From Eledone cirrhosa (lineage: Eukaryota), in the NCBI GenBank assembly GCA_964016885.1, contig OZ024742.1:182280001-182344000 (forward strand): a stretch of DNA of 64,000 nt. The letters run 5' to 3'. The notes under the pieces are model-generated. The model saw only the letters and a list, made by a program, of their open reading frames with translations. It had not been told where the DNA came from and made no database searches. Shown piece after piece: positions 13,833 to 31,000 of the stretch. Position 1 is the stretch's first letter. Each line of letters begins with the position of its first letter. The position numbers and the translations under genes are program-made.

Positions 13833-16800
13833 CAACTATACTACAGAACAATATAACTACAGAACAAGAGAACCACACGGCTATACTACGGAATTACATA
13901 AAAGCACAACCACACAACTATACTACAGAACTAAAGAACTACAGCCCAACACAACCACACAACTATACTACAGAACTACAGAACTACAGAACTACAGAAC
14001 AACAGAACCCCGCAACTATACAATAGTACTACATAACTGCAGCGCAACACAACCACACAACTATAATACACAACTACAGAACAGCACAACCACACAACTA
14101 TACTACATAACTACATAACTACAGAACAACACAGCCAAACAGCTAAACTACAGAACTACATAACTGCAGAACAACAGAACCACACAACTATACTACAGAC
14201 CTACGTACCTACAGAACAACACAACCACAAAACTATACTACATAAGTATATAACTAAAGAACAACACAACCACACAACTATACTACAGCACTATTTAACT
14301 ACAGAACAGCAGAACCACACAACTATACGACAACACTACAGAAGAACACAACCACACAACTATAGTACAGAACTATATAACTACAGAATAACACAACCAC
14401 AAGACTATACTATAGAACTATATAACTCCAGAAAAATACAACCACACAACTATATTATAGAACTACATAACTACAGCCCAAGACAACCACACAACTATAC
14501 TACAGAACTATATTACAGAACAACAGAACCACACGGCTATACTACGGAACTACATAAAAGCACAAACACAATACTACAGAACTAAAGAACTACAGCCCAA
14601 CACAACCACACTAGTATACTACAGAACTATGTAACTACATAACAACACAACCACACAACTATACTACAGAACTACAGAACAACACAACCACACAACTATA
14701 CTACTGAACTACATAACTACAGAAAACAGAACCACACAACTATACGACAGCACTATAAAACTACAGAACAACAGAACCACAAAATTATACTATAGAACTA
14801 TAAAACTCCAGAAAAATACAACCACACAACTATATTATAGAACTACATAACTACAGCCCAACACTGCCACAAAACTATACTACAACATTTCAGAAGAACA
14901 CAACCACACGACGATTCAACAGAACTACAGACCAACACAATCACACACCTATACTACGGAAATATATAACTACAGAACAACAGAACGACGCAACTATACG
15001 ACAGACCTACATATCTACAGCCCAATACTACCACACAACTATACTACTTAACTACATAACTAAAGCCCAACACAACCATACAACTATACAACACAACTGC
15101 AGAACTAGAGAACAACACAGCCACACAACTATACTACAGAAATAAATAACTACAGAAATAAATAACTACAGAACAATAGAACTACAGAACTAGAGCCCAA
15201 CACAACCACAATAGTATACTACAAAACTATATAATAATAGCCCAACACAACCACACAACTATACTACAACACTACAGAAGAACACAACCACACAACTATA
15301 GTACAGAACTATATAACTACAGGACAACAGAACCACACAACTATACTACAGACCTACATAACTACAGAACAACGCAACCACAAAACTATACTATAGAACT
15401 ATATAACTACACACAAATACAACCACACAAATATACTATAGAACTACATAACTACAGAACAACACAACCAAACAACTATACTAAGGAACTACATAACTAC
15501 AGCCCAAGACAACCACACAACTATACTACAGAACTATATAACTACAGAACAACAGAAACACACGGCTATACTACGGAACTACATAAAAGCACAATCACAC
15601 AACTATACTACAGAACTACATAACTAAAGCCCAACACAACCACACAAATATAGTACAGAACTATATAAATACAGAACAATACAACCACACAATTATACTA
15701 ACAAACTACATAACTAAAGAACAACAGAACCATACAACTATACTACAAAACCTCATAACTACAGAACTACACAACCACACAACTCTACCACAGAACTACA
15801 TAACTACAGAACAACACAAACAAACAACTATACTACAGAACTACATAAATACAGCCCAACACAAACACACAACTATACTATATAACTACATAACTACATA
15901 ATTACAGAAAAATACAACCAAACAACAATACTACAGAACAACACAAACAAACAAATATACTACAGAACTACATAATTACAGCCCAACACAATCACACAAC
16001 TACACTACAGAACTACATAACTACAGATCAACACAACCACACAACTATATGACAGCACTATAAAACTACCGAACAAAAGAACCACACAACTATACTACAG
16101 AACTACATAACTACGTAGCAATAAAACCACACAACTATACTACATAACTACATAACTACAGCCCCACACAACTACACTACAGAACTATATAACTACAGAA
16201 CAACACAACCACACAACTATACTACAGAACTATTTAACTACAGAACAGCAGAACCACACAACTATACTACAGAACTACATAACTACATAACTACAGCCCA
16301 ACACAACGACACATCTACACTACAGAACTATATAACTACAGAACAACACAACCACACAAGTATACTACCGAACTACATAACTACAGAACAACAGAACCAC
16401 ACAACTATACTACAGAACTACATAACTACAGAACTACACAACCACACAACAAAACTACATAACAACATAACTACATAATTACAGAAAAATACAACCACAC
16501 AACAATACTAAAGAACGACATAACTACAGAACAACACAAACAAACAACTTTACTACAGAACTACATAATAACAGCCAAACACAACTACACTACAGAACTA
16601 CATATCTACAGAACAACACAAACAAACAACTATACTACAGAACAACATAACTACAGCCCAACACAACCACACAACTATACTACAGAGCTACAGAACTACA
16701 TAATTACAGAAAAATCCAACAACACATATATTCTACAGAACTACATAGCTACAGAACAACACAAACAAAAAACTATACTACAGAACTACATAATTATTGC

Positions 16801-19800
16801 CCAGCACAACCACACAACTATACTACACAACTACAGAACAACAAAACTACACAACCACACAACTATACTACAGAACTTTATAACTAGAGAAAAACACAAC
16901 CACACAACTATAATATAGAAATATATAAGCAAGAAAAAACACAACCACACAACTATACTACAGAAATACATAACTACAGAACAACACAACCACACAGTTA
17001 TACTACCGAACTACATAGCTACAGAACAACAGAACCACAGAACTATACTACAGAACTACGTAACTACAGAACTACACAACCACAGAACTATACTACAGAA
17101 CTACATAACTACAGAACAACACAACCACACAACTATACTACAGAACTACATAACTACAGAACTACACAACCACACAACTAAACTACAGAACTACAGAACT
17201 ACAGAACCACACAACTATACCACAGAACTACATAACTACAGAAAAACACAAACAAACAACTATACTACAGAACTACATAACTACAGAACAACACAAACAC
17301 ACAACTAAATTACAGAACTACATAACTATATAATTACAGAAAAATACAACCACACAACAATACTACAGAACTACATAACTACAGAACAACACAAACAAAC
17401 AACTATACTACAGAACAACATAAATAAAGCCCAACACAACCACACAACTATACTAAAGAATTACATAACTACAGAACAACACAAACAAACAACTATACTA
17501 CAGAACAACATAAATACAGCCCATCACAACCACACAACTACACTAAAGAATTACATAACTACAGAACAACACAAACAAACAACTATACTACAGAACAACA
17601 TAAATACAGCCCAACACAACCACACAACTATACTACACACCTACAGAACAACACAACCACACAACTATACTACATAACTACAGAGCAACAACATTACACA
17701 ACCACACAACTATACTACAGAACTATATAACTAGAGAATAAAACACAACCACACAACTATACTACAGAACTACATAACAACAGCCCAACACAAGCACATA
17801 ACTGAACTACAGAACTACATAACTACATCCCAACACAACCACACAACTATACTACATAACGTCTTAAATACAGAACAACACAACCACACAACTATACTAC
17901 ACGACTACATAACTACAGAACAACAGAACCACACAACTATTCTACAGAACTACAGAACTACAGCCCAGCACAACCACACAGCTATACTACAGAACTACAG
18001 AACTACATAACTACAGAACAACACAACCACACAACTATACTACAGAACTACAGAGCAACACAACCACACAACTATACTTCAGAACTATATAACTCCAGAA
18101 CAATACAAGCACACAACAATACTACGGGACTACAGAACTATAGAAAAGAACAACCACACAACTATACTACAGAACTACAGAACTACAGCCCAACACAACC
18201 ACACTAGTATACTAAAGAACTACATAATAATACCCCAACACAACCAGACAACTATACTACAGAACTACATAACTACAGCCCAACACAACCACCTAACAAT
18301 ACTACCACACTACAGAACAACACAACCACACAACTAAACTACAGAACTACATAACTACAGAACAACACTGCCACAAAATTATACTACAACCCTACAGTAG
18401 AACACAACCACACAACGATACAACAGAACTACATAACTCGAGAACAACAGAATCACACAACTATACAACAGAACTACAGACTACAGAAAAATAAAACCAC
18501 ACAACTATACTACATAACTACAAAACTACAGCCCAACACAACCACACAACTACACTACAGAACTATATAACTACAGCCCAACACAACCACACAATTATAA
18601 TGCAGAACTATATAACCACAGAACAACACAAGCACACACCTATACTACATAACGACAGCCTAACAGAACCACACAAGTACACTACAGAACTACATAACTA
18701 CATAACTACAAAAGAACACAACCACACAACTATACTTCAGAACTACAGAACAAAACAACTACACAACAATACTACAGAACTACATAACTACAGAACAACA
18801 CAACCACACAACTACACTACAGAACTATATAACTACAGTCCAACACTACCACACAACTATACTTCAGAACTGCATAACTACAGAACAACACAACCACACA
18901 ACTATATTACAGAACTGCATAACTACAGAAAAACACAACCACACAACTATACTACAGAACTGCATAACTACAGAACAACACAACCACACAGCTATATTAC
19001 AGAACTACATAACTACAGCCCGAAACAACCACACAACTATACTACATAACGACATAACTACAGCCCAACACAAGTACACTACAGAACTACATGACTACAG
19101 AGAACACAATCACACAACTATACTACAGAACTACATAACTACAGAACAATACAAACAAACAACTATACTACAGAACAACATAACTACACCCCAACACGAC
19201 CACATAACTGAACTACAGAACTACATAATTACGGCCCAACACAACCATACAACTATACTACATAACGACATAACTACAGCCCAACACACCCACAGAATTA
19301 CAGTACATAACGACAGAACAAGACAATCAAAAAACTATACTACAGAACTACATAACTACAGAACAATACAACCACACAAATGTACTACGGAACTACAGAA
19401 CTACAGAAAAGCACAACCACACAACTATACTACAGAACTACAGGCCAACACAACCACACTAGTATACTACAGAACTACATAACTACAGAACAACACAACC
19501 ACACAACTAAACTACAGCGCTACATAACTACAAAACAACAGAACCACACAATTATACAACAGAAATACATAACTACTGAAAAATAAAACCACACAACTAT
19601 ACTACATAACTACATAACTACAGCCCAACACAACCACACAACTACACTACAGAACTATATAACTACAGTCCAACATTACCACACGACTATACTACAAAAC
19701 TGCATAACAACAGAACAATGAAAGCACACAACCATACTACAGAACTACATAACTACAGAACAACACAACCACACAACTATAGTACAGAACTACATAACTA

Positions 19801-22800
19801 CAGAAAAACACATCCACACAACTATACTACAGAACTGCATAACAAACAGAACAACGAAAGCACACAACCATACTACAGAACTACATAACTACAGAACAAC
19901 ACAACCACACAACTATACTACATAACTACATAACTACAGCCCAACACAACCATACAACTATACTACAGTCCCACACTACCACACAACTATACTACAGAAC
20001 TGCATAACTACAGAACAATACAACCACACAACTATACTTCAGAACTATAGAACTACAGAACAATATAACCACACTACTATACTACGGAACCAAACAACTA
20101 TACTATAGAACTACAGAACTACAGCCCAAAACAACCACACTAGTATACTACTGAACTACATAACTACAGCCCAACACAACCATACAACTATACTACAGCC
20201 TAACACTACCACACGTCTATACTACAGAACTGCATAACTACAGAACAACGAATGCACACAACCATAATACAGCACTACATAACTACAGAATAACACAACT
20301 AGACAACTATACTACAGAACTATATAACTACAGCCCGACACAACCACACCTATACTACACTAGTGCAGAACCACACAACCACACAACCATACTACAGAAC
20401 AACACAACCACACAACTATACGACAGCACTATAAAACTACAGAACAATACAACCACACAACTATACTACGGAACTACAGAACTACAGAAAAGCAGAAACA
20501 CACAACTATACTACAGAACTACAGAACTACAGCCCAACACAACCACACAACTATACTACAGAAACTACAGAACAACACAACTACTCAACAATACTACAGA
20601 ACTACAGAACTACAGAACAACACAATCACACAACTAAACTACAGAACTACAGAACAAAAGAACCACACAATTATACTACATAACAAAAGAACCACACAAT
20701 TATACTACAGAACTACAGAATAACAAAACCACACAACTATAGTACAGAACTACATACTACAGCCCAACACTACCACACAACTATACTACAGAACTGCATA
20801 ATTACAGAATAACACAACCACACAACTATACTTCAGAACTATATAACTACAGAACAATACAACCACACAACTATACTACAGAACTACAGAAAAACACAAC
20901 CACACAACTATACTTCAGAACTATATAACTACAGAACAATACAACCACACAACTATACTACGGAACTACAGAACTACAGAAAAGCACAACCACACAACCA
21001 CACTAGTATACTACAGAACTACAGCCCAACACAACCACACAATTATAATACAGAACTATATAACCACAGAACAACACAAGCACACAACTATACTACATAA
21101 CGACAGCCCAACAGAACCACACAAGTACACTACAGAACTACATAACTACATTACTACAAAACAACACAACCACACAACTATACTTCAGAACTACGGAACT
21201 ACAGCCCAACACAACCACACAACTATACTACAGCACAACAGAACAACACAACTACACAACAATACTACAGAGCAACATAACTACAGAACAACATAACTAC
21301 AGCCCGACACAACCACACAACTATACTACTGATCTACAGAACAACACAACCACACTACGGAACTACATAACTACAGACCAACACAACCACACACCTATAC
21401 GACGGAACTATTAATCTAAAGAACAATACAACCACACAATTATACGACAGCACTATAAAACTAGAGAACAAAAGAACCACACAACTATACTACGGAACTA
21501 CAGAACTACAGAAAAGCACAATCACACAACTAAACTACAGAAATACATATCTACAGAACAACACTACCACACAACTATACTAAATAACTACATAACTAAA
21601 GAACAATACAACCACACTACTATACGACAGCACTATAAAACTACAGAACAAAAGAACCACACAATTATACTACAGAACTACATAACTACAGCTCAATACA
21701 ACCATACGACTATACTACAGAACTACATAACTACAGCTCAATACAACCACACACCTATACTGCAAACCACATAACTACAGAGCAACACAACCACACACCT
21801 ATACTACGGAATTATATACGACAGCACTAAAACACTGTTGAACCAAAGAACCACACAGTTATACTACAGAATTACATAACTACAGCCCAACACGACACTA
21901 CAACTATACTACAGAACTACATAACTACAGCCCAACACAACCACACAACTTTACTACAGAATCTACAGAACTACAGAACTACACAATCAAACAACTAAAC
22001 TACAGAATTTCATAACTGCAGAACAACAGAACCACAACTATACTACGGAACTACAGAACTACAGAAAAGCACAACCACACAACTATACTACAGAACTACA
22101 GAACTACAGAACAACACAATCACACAACTAAACTACAGAAATACATATCTACAGAACAACACAACCACACAACAATACTAAATGACTACATAACTACAGC
22201 CCAACCCAACAACACAATTGTAATACAGAACTATATAACCACAGAACAACACATGCACACAACTATACTACAGAACTACATAACTAAAGAACAACACTCC
22301 ACACAACTATACTACAGAACTATATAACGACAGAACAATACAGCCACAAAACAATACTACAGAATTATATAGCTACAGAACAACACAACCACACAACGAT
22401 ACTACATACCTACAGCCCTACACAACCACACAACTATACTACAGAACTACATAACTACAGACCAACACAACCACACAAGTACACTACATAACTACATAAC
22501 TACAGAACAACATAATCACACAACTATACTACAGAACTACATAACTATAGAACAATACAACCACACAACTATTCTACAGAACTACAGAACTACAGAAAAA
22601 TAAAACCACACAACTATACTACATAACTACATAACTACAGCCCAACACAACCACACAACTATACTACATAACGACATAACTACAGCCCAACACAACCACA
22701 CAAGAACACTACATAACTACATAACTACAGAACAATATAACCACACAACTATTCTACAGAACTACGTAACTACAGCCCAACACAACCACACAACTATACT

Positions 22801-25800
22801 ACAGAACTACAGAACTACAGAATTACATAACTACAGAACAACACAACCACACAACTATAGTACAGAACTACAGAAAAACAGACCCACACAACTATACTAC
22901 AGAACTATATAACTACAGAACATCACAACCACACAACTATACTACATAACTACGTAAGTACAGAACCACAAAACCACACAACTATACTACAGAAATACAT
23001 AACTACACAGAAACAGAACCACACAACTATACTACAGAACTATATAACTACAGAACAACACAACCACACAACTATACTTCAGAACTACAGAACAACACAA
23101 CCACACAAGTATACTACGGAACTACATAACTACAGACCAACACAACCACACAACTATACGACGGAATTATAAAACTAAAGAACAATACAACCACACAATT
23201 ATACGACAGCACTATAAAACTACAGAACAAAAGAACCACACAACTATAATACGGAACTACAGAACTACAGAAAAGCACAACCACACAACTATACTACAGA
23301 ACTACAGAACAACACAATCACACAACTAAACTACAGAAATACATATCTACAGAACAACACAACCACACAACTATACTAAATGACTACATAACTACAGCCC
23401 AACCCAACAACACAATTATAATACAGAACTATATAACCACAGAACAACACATGCACACAACTATACTACAGAACTACATAACTAAAGAACAACACAACCA
23501 CACAACTATACTACAGAACTATATAACGACAGAACAATACAGCCACAAAACAATACTACAGAATTTTATAGCTACAGAACCACACAACCACACAACGATA
23601 CTACATAACTAGAGCCCTACACAACCACACAACTATACTACAGAACTACATATCTACAGACCAACACAACCACAAAAGTACACTACATAACTACATAACT
23701 ACAGAACAACATAATCTCACAACTATACTACAGAACAACAGAAAAACACAACCACACAACTATACTTCAGAACTATATAACTACAAAACAATACAACCAC
23801 ACAACTATACTACAGAACTACAGAAATACAGCCCAACACAACCACACTAGTATACTACAGAACTACATAACTACAGCCCAACACAACCACACAACTAAAC
23901 TACAGCACTACATAACTACAGAACAACAGAACCACACAACTATACAACAGAACTACATAACTACAGAAAAATAAAACCACAGGACTATACTACATAACTA
24001 CATAACTACAGCCCAACACAACCACACAACTATACTACATAACGACATAACTACAGCCCAACACAACCACACAAGAACACTACATAACTACATAACTACA
24101 GAACAATACAACCACACAACTATTCTACAGAACTACGTAACTACAGCCCAACACAACCACACAACTATACTACAGAACTACAGAACTACAGAACTACATA
24201 ACTACAGAACAATAAAACCATACAACTATACTACATAACGACATAACTACCGCCCAACACAACCACGCAACTACACTACAGAACTATATAACTACAGAAC
24301 ATCACAACCACACAACTACACTACAGAACTATATAACTACAGAACATCACAACCACACAACTATTCTACAGAACTACATAAGTACAGAACCACAAAACCA
24401 CACAACTATACTACAGAAATACATAACTACACAGAAACAGAACCACGCAACTATACTACAGAACTATATAACTACAGAACAACACAACCACACAACTATA
24501 CTTCAGAACTACAGAACAACACAACCACACAAGTATACTACGGAACTACATAACTACAGACCAACACAACCACACACCTATACGACGGAACTATAAAACT
24601 AAAGAACAATACAACCACACAATTATACGACAGCACTATAAAACTACAGAACAAAAGAACCACACAACTATACTACGGAACTACAGAACTACAGAAAAGC
24701 ACAACCACTCAACTATACTACAGAACTACAGAACAACACAACCACACAACTATACTAAATAACTACATAACTACAGCCCAACCCAACCACACAATTATAA
24801 TACAGAACTATATAACCACAGAACAACACATGCACACAACTATACTACAGAACTACATAACTAAAGAACAACACAACCAAACAACTATACTACAGAACTA
24901 TATAACTACAGAACAATACAGCCACAAAACAATACTACAGAGCTATATAGCGACAGAACAACACAACCACACAACGATACTACATAACTACAGCCCGACA
25001 CAACCACACAACTATACTACGGAACTACATAACTACATCCCAACACAACCACACAACTATACTACATAACGACATAACTACAGCCCAACACAACCACACA
25101 AGTGTACTACATAACTACATAACTGCAGAACAACATATTCACACAACTACACTACAGAACTACATAACTACAGAACAATACAACCACACAACTATTCTAC
25201 AGAACTACGTAACTACAGCCCAACACAACCACACAACTATACTACAGAACTACAGAACTACATAACTACAGAACAACACAACCACACAACTATACTACAG
25301 AACAACAGAAAAACACAACCACACAACTATACTTCAGAACTATATAACTACAAAACAATACAACCACACAACTATACTACGGAACTACAGAACTACAGAA
25401 AAACACAACCACACAACTATACTACAGAACTACAGAAATACAGCCCAACACAACCACACTAGTATACTATAGAACTACATAATAATACCCCAACACAACC
25501 ACACAACTATACTACAGAACTACATAACTACAGCCTAACACAACCACACAACTAAACTACAGCACTACATAACTACAGAACAACAGAACCACACAACTAT
25601 ACAACAGAACTACATAACTACAGAAAAATAAAACCACACAACTATACTACATAACTACATAACTACAGCCCAACACAACCACACAACTATACTACATAAC
25701 GACATAACTACAGCCCAACACAACCACACAAGTACACTACATAACTACATAACTACAGAACAATACAACCACACAACTATTCTACAGGACTACGTAACTA

Positions 25801-26435
25801 CAGCCCAACACAACCACACAACTATAATACAGCACTACAGAACAACACAACTACACAACTATATTACAGAACTACATAACTACAGAACAACACAACCACA
25901 CAACTATACTACAGAACTACAGAAAAACAGACCCACACAACTATACTACAGAACTACATAACTACAGAACAATAAAACCACACAACTATACTACATAACG
26001 ACATAACTACAGCCCAACACAACCACACAACTACACTACAGAACTATATAACTACAGAACATCACAACCACACAACTATACTACAGAACTACATAAGTAC
26101 AGAACCACAAAACCACACAACTATACTACTGAAATACATAACTACACAGAAACAGAACCACACAACTATACTACAGAATTATATAACTACAGAACAACAC
26201 AACCACACAACTATACTACATAACTATTTAACTACAGTACCACAGAACCACACAGCTACACTACAGAACTACATAACTACAGCCTAACACAACCACACAA
26301 CTATACTACAGAACTACATAACTACAGAACAACACAACCACACAACTATACTACAGAACTACCTCCCAACACAACCACACTACAGAACTAAGTAACTACA
26401 GAACAACACAACCACACAACTATACTACATAACTA
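13833..26435 (+). repeat. 45-bp satellite array, block 2, with diverged ~1.2-1.7-kb higher-order blocks at 21.3-26.2 kb
   Basis: Same monomer. Diagnostic variants recur, e.g. acatgcacac at ~22252, ~23449 and ~24828. Confidence 0.95.
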
Positions 26436-27335
26436 TATTACTGTCAGCAGCGATTTGAGTTGGATAAAGCATGTCTCTAAGATTGTCAAGAAGGCCGAGG
26501 TTGTCTTGGCATCACTCAGCAAGACCATTTTTAGCCGCTCTCCAGCCATCTACTTAAAACTGTATACAGCTATGTTACGACCACACTTGGAATTCGCATC
26601 ATCTGTCTGTAACCCCTATCTTGCTCAGAACATTGACCTCCTGGAAACTGTTCAGAGACCTGTAACCAAGTGCATACCCTCCGTCAGACACCTACCATAC
26701 TCTGAACGCCTTGCTTCCCTAGGCATGGATGCATTGAAGCTCCGACGTCTGGCAATGGACTTGGTGAATACCCACAAAGTTATTAACCATCTCGCCAATT
26801 GCAATCCCTGAGCACCTTTTTGATCTCCATATGTCTAACACACGTGGACATGCCTACAAGATCAGAAAACAGCACAGCTCCCATGACTTTCGTAGACACT
26901 TTTTCACGCTCTGAGTTGCTGAGGCATGGAACAAACTGCCAGCGTCAGTTGTTAGCTGCCGAGACACTGCATCCTTTAAGACACTCATGATTCCCGAAAT
27001 ACGCCAAAACTACACCTGGTGTACACCTTCCATACACATGCACACATGTGTGTATCATGACTCGTGCACTGTTCATTTTACTGATGTTTGTGCATTGCCC
27101 TATGTACTGTACATGCACTTTTTTGATGAGTTGTGGTGCACCTGGGCAATGTACACAATATTTCATTATTATTATTATTATATCATGACTCATACACTAT
27201 TCATTTTCCTGACATTTGTACATTATTCTATGTATTATACATGCACCTTTGATGAGTTGTAGTGCACCTGAGCACTGTACACAATAATTTCATTATTATT
27301 ATTATTATTATTAATATTATTATTATTATTATTAT
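26436..27335 (+). mobile_element. CR1-group LINE copy 1, 5'-truncated (ORF2 C-terminus, duplicated 3' UTR, (ATT)n tail)
   Basis: Encodes LYTAMLRPHLEFASSVCNPY...LETVQR...LPYSERLASLG, the post-RT region typical of CR1. Contains a frameshift and ends in (ATT)n. Confidence 0.92.
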
Positions 27336-27993
27336 ATATTTACAGAACAACACAACCAAACAACTATATAACAGAATTACGTAACTACAGAACAACACAA
27401 CCAAACAACTATATTACAGAATTACATAACTACAGCCCAACACAACCACACAAATATACTACAGAACTACATAACTACAGTCCAACACAACCACACAACT
27501 ATACTACCGAGCTACATAACTACAGCCCAACACAACCACACAACTATACTACAGAACTACATAACTACAGAACAACACAACCACACAGCTATACCACATA
27601 ACTACAGCCCAACACAACCACACACCTATACTACGGAACTATATACCTAAAGAACAATACAACCACACAACTATATGACGGTACTATAAAACTACAGCCC
27701 AACACAACCACACAATAATACTACAGCACTACAGAACAGCACAACCACACAAGTATACTACAGAACTACATAACTACAGTACAACACAACCACACAACTA
27801 TACTACAGAACTAGAAAACTACAGCCCAACACAACCACATAACTATACTACAGAACTACAGAACTACATAACTTCAGAACAACACAACCACACAACTATA
27901 CTACAGAACTACAGAACTACATCCCAACACAATCACACTAAAGAAATAAATAACTACAGAACAACACAACCACACAACTATACTACATAGCTA
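27336..27993 (+). repeat. 45-bp satellite spacer
   Basis: Same monomer between CR1 copies 1 and 2. Confidence 0.95.
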
Positions 27994-28719
27994 TATTACT
28001 GACAGCAGCGATTTGAGTTGGACAAAGCATGTCTCTAAGATTGTCATGAAGGCCGAGGGTGTCTTGGCATCACTCAGCAAGACCTTTGTTAGCCCTTCTC
28101 CAGCCATCTATTTAAAACTGTATACAGCTATGGTACGACCACACTTGGAATTCGCATCATCAGTCTGGAACCCTTATCTTGCTCAGAACATTAACCCCCT
28201 GGAAACTGTTCGGAGACTTGAAACCAAGCGCATACCCTCCATCAGACACCTACCAGACTCTGAACGCCTTGCTTCCCTGGGCATGGATTCATCTAAGCTC
28301 CGACGTTTGGCAACGGACTTGGTGTATACCCACAAAGTTATTAACCATCTAGCGAATTGCAACCCTGAGCACCTTTTTGATCTCCATGTGTCTAACACAC
28401 GTGGACATGCCTACAAATTCAGAAAACAGCAAAGCTCCCATGATTTTCGTAGACATTTTCTCACGCTCAGAGTTGCTGAAGCATGGAACAAACTGCATGC
28501 GTCAATTGTTAGCTGCCGAGACACTGCATCCTTTAAGACACTCATGCTTCCCGAAATACGCCAAAACTACACCTGATGTACCCCTTCCATAAATATGCAC
28601 ACATGTGTGTATCATAACTCGTGCACTGTTCATTTTACTGATGTTTGTGCATTGCCCTATGTACTTTACATGCACTTTTTTGATGAGTTGTGGTGCACCT
28701 GGGCACTGTACACGATATT

Positions 28720-28775
<56 letters not shown>
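27994..28775 (+). mobile_element. CR1-group LINE copy 2, 5'-truncated; tail interrupted by a Tx1 element
   Basis: ORF 28013-28576 (VRPHLEFASSVWNPY...NTRGHAYK...RVAEAWNKL), one 3' UTR unit, (ATT)18 at 28722-28775. Confidence 0.92.
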
Positions 28776-28983
28776 GGCGACCTACGTAGTAAATCGTATC
28801 ATCGTGAGCTCCGCAAATGTTTGTTATTTTCGTTTGTTAAAAATTGTCATTTATGGAAAATTTTATTGTTAACTGTTTATAAGCGCACATACATTGTTTT
28901 CCGAAAAGGACACCCAAAAAGATTGTGGCCTTGTGCCCAAAATTTAAACTTTTATTATTATCAACAAATTTCTTTGGAAAAAA

Positions 28984-30966
28984 ATGGCTAATTCACCTCT
29001 GCACCAAACAGCTGAAAGCCTTCCTCACAAATTAACACCTCACACCGACACCACCATTGTAAATGTTACTACGTTTGCCAACACAAAAAAAAATATAAGC
29101 AGTAGCAATATTTTAAATTTGTCTCAGGCAGACATTCATTTCCCGCCATTACTGCAGGTGTTAAAGCCTCCACCACCACCACCACCGCGACAACCACCAC
29201 CCCCACCACCACCGCGACAACAGAAACAAAAGAAGAAAAAAATAAATTAACTCGTGATGTCGAAATGAAATCAAGCAAAATGGACTCTTCCCCACCAAAG
29301 ACGACTGACGTCACCGCCACCACAACTGAAACTAAAATTAATATTAACGATAGCAACAACAACAACAATGACATTATAAAACCCCCCCTCAGTTTCGCCA
29401 GAGTAGCAAAACAATTCGAAGCATTTACGGTAACTCAGGAAGATTTAGAAAATGCCAAACAAATGGTAAAGAAAGATGGGTACAGGGTCAGCCTCACCCC
29501 CCCCCCCTCACCTAATAAAATGGACCATCGGCGCCTATGCACCGTGTCGTATAGAACAATAAATGTAAAATCGCGCCGAGTGGAACGGGCATCCGAGTCT
29601 CAAATCCAAAAAGCTTTGGGACATGTGTGGGCAAGAAAAACCCACATCAGACGTGGGCAAAAGTATGGAACCGTGGATGTGTTCTTTGAAACACCAGAGG
29701 AGGCTAGAGAACACTCCATGGCCCCATTAAAAAGTGACGACTTCACACTCGTCCCAAGCTATTGTGGCCAGAGACTCGTAAAGATCAGGGTGTCCCACGT
29801 TCCACCAGCCATCGAAATTCCCTGGCTAATAGCGGCTGTCCTCGCCGGCATCGAAGCCAACACGAAAATAATAGCAATAGCAAAAGAAAAGCAGGAAAAC
29901 TTGTCCGGATCTGGGATGGAGCTCCTGATCCAAGCGGACCAAAAAAGCATTGAGGAGATCCCAGCGGTAATAGACCTCACTGACGGCAGCCACCTCACGG
30001 TAATTGTCGAGGGCAGAAGACCTAGGTGTGTTGTTTGTGGTGAAGGAACCCACCTAAGGGCTTTCTGCCCTCAGGCTAAAAGGTTGAGGCCACCTCTCCT
30101 ACCCACCCCAGTGACACAACCATCAACACCACCAGTAGCAGAGATAGCAGCAACAACTGTAGCAGCAACAACAGAAGCAACTATAACAGCAACAACCCCA
30201 GCAACAGTAGCAAAACCAACACCACTACCACCACCAGCAAAACCAACACCACCACCACCCAACGCTTCAGAACTAGCACCAGCGCCTACACCATCCACCA
30301 CACCACAACCAAAACTAACGGCTGTGGAGGATTTTACACTCCCCGGCCTATCACAACTGGAGACAGATTGTGACGACGAGGAGTGGGAAACGATATCCGG
30401 AAAAAAAAAAAAACAAAAAAAAAAAAAATTCTATTCCTTCCCCCTCCAAAAACAAAATACAGAGGGAAACAAATAAATTAAGAAACAAAAAAGTTAGGAC
30501 AGATATGCCACCATCCACACCAGCATCACCAACCCCATCAACCCAAACACCAACACCATCACCATCATTAACCCCAGCACCACCATCACCTACACCACAA
30601 AAGTCACCAAAATGCGAAACAGAAACAAACCCACAACAAACGCAAACAAAACTAAACAACCAAAACGATACACACTACACAGCATTAAATTTGAACCACA
30701 AGCAATTATTACACTACATCCAACACAACACCAGCATCACAGAAAAAGACTACACAACAACCCCAAAATTCACACCACCTCCACACATACAAATCACTCG
30801 CATCACACAGAAAACGTACATGACACTAAAACAAAAATTCCCCAAAGACATCGGAGACTTCCGACAAGCACTCTCCAGGAGGATTTATAAGGACATCCTT
30901 CCTGAGGAGGCCACAAGCAGTGAAAAGGATGGAAAAACCGTCCTTCCCCTACGGGAAGTAAGGTAA
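28984..30966 (+). CDS. Tx1-type ORF1p (nucleic-acid-binding, zinc knuckle), split by two compensating frameshifts in A runs
   Basis: ORFs 28984-29250, 29265-30476 and 30370-30966 join at an A7 run (~29236) and a long A run (~30401-30428) into ~660 aa. CVVCGEGTHLRAFC = CX2CX4HX4C, followed by Pro/Thr-rich and WETISGKKKK segments. Confidence 0.75.
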
Positions 30967-31000
30967 GTGGTCTTTCCCATCTTTTCCACTCCTTTTCAAC

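Noticed and set aside
27120-27290. Hammerhead ribozyme suggested by TGATGAG in the CR1 3' UTR
   Set aside because: The motif is TTGATGAG and no GAAA follows the stem. It is better explained as the CR1 3' stem-loop.
28595-28991. PolyY, polyI and polyL ORFs
   Set aside because: Translations of the (ATT)n tract.
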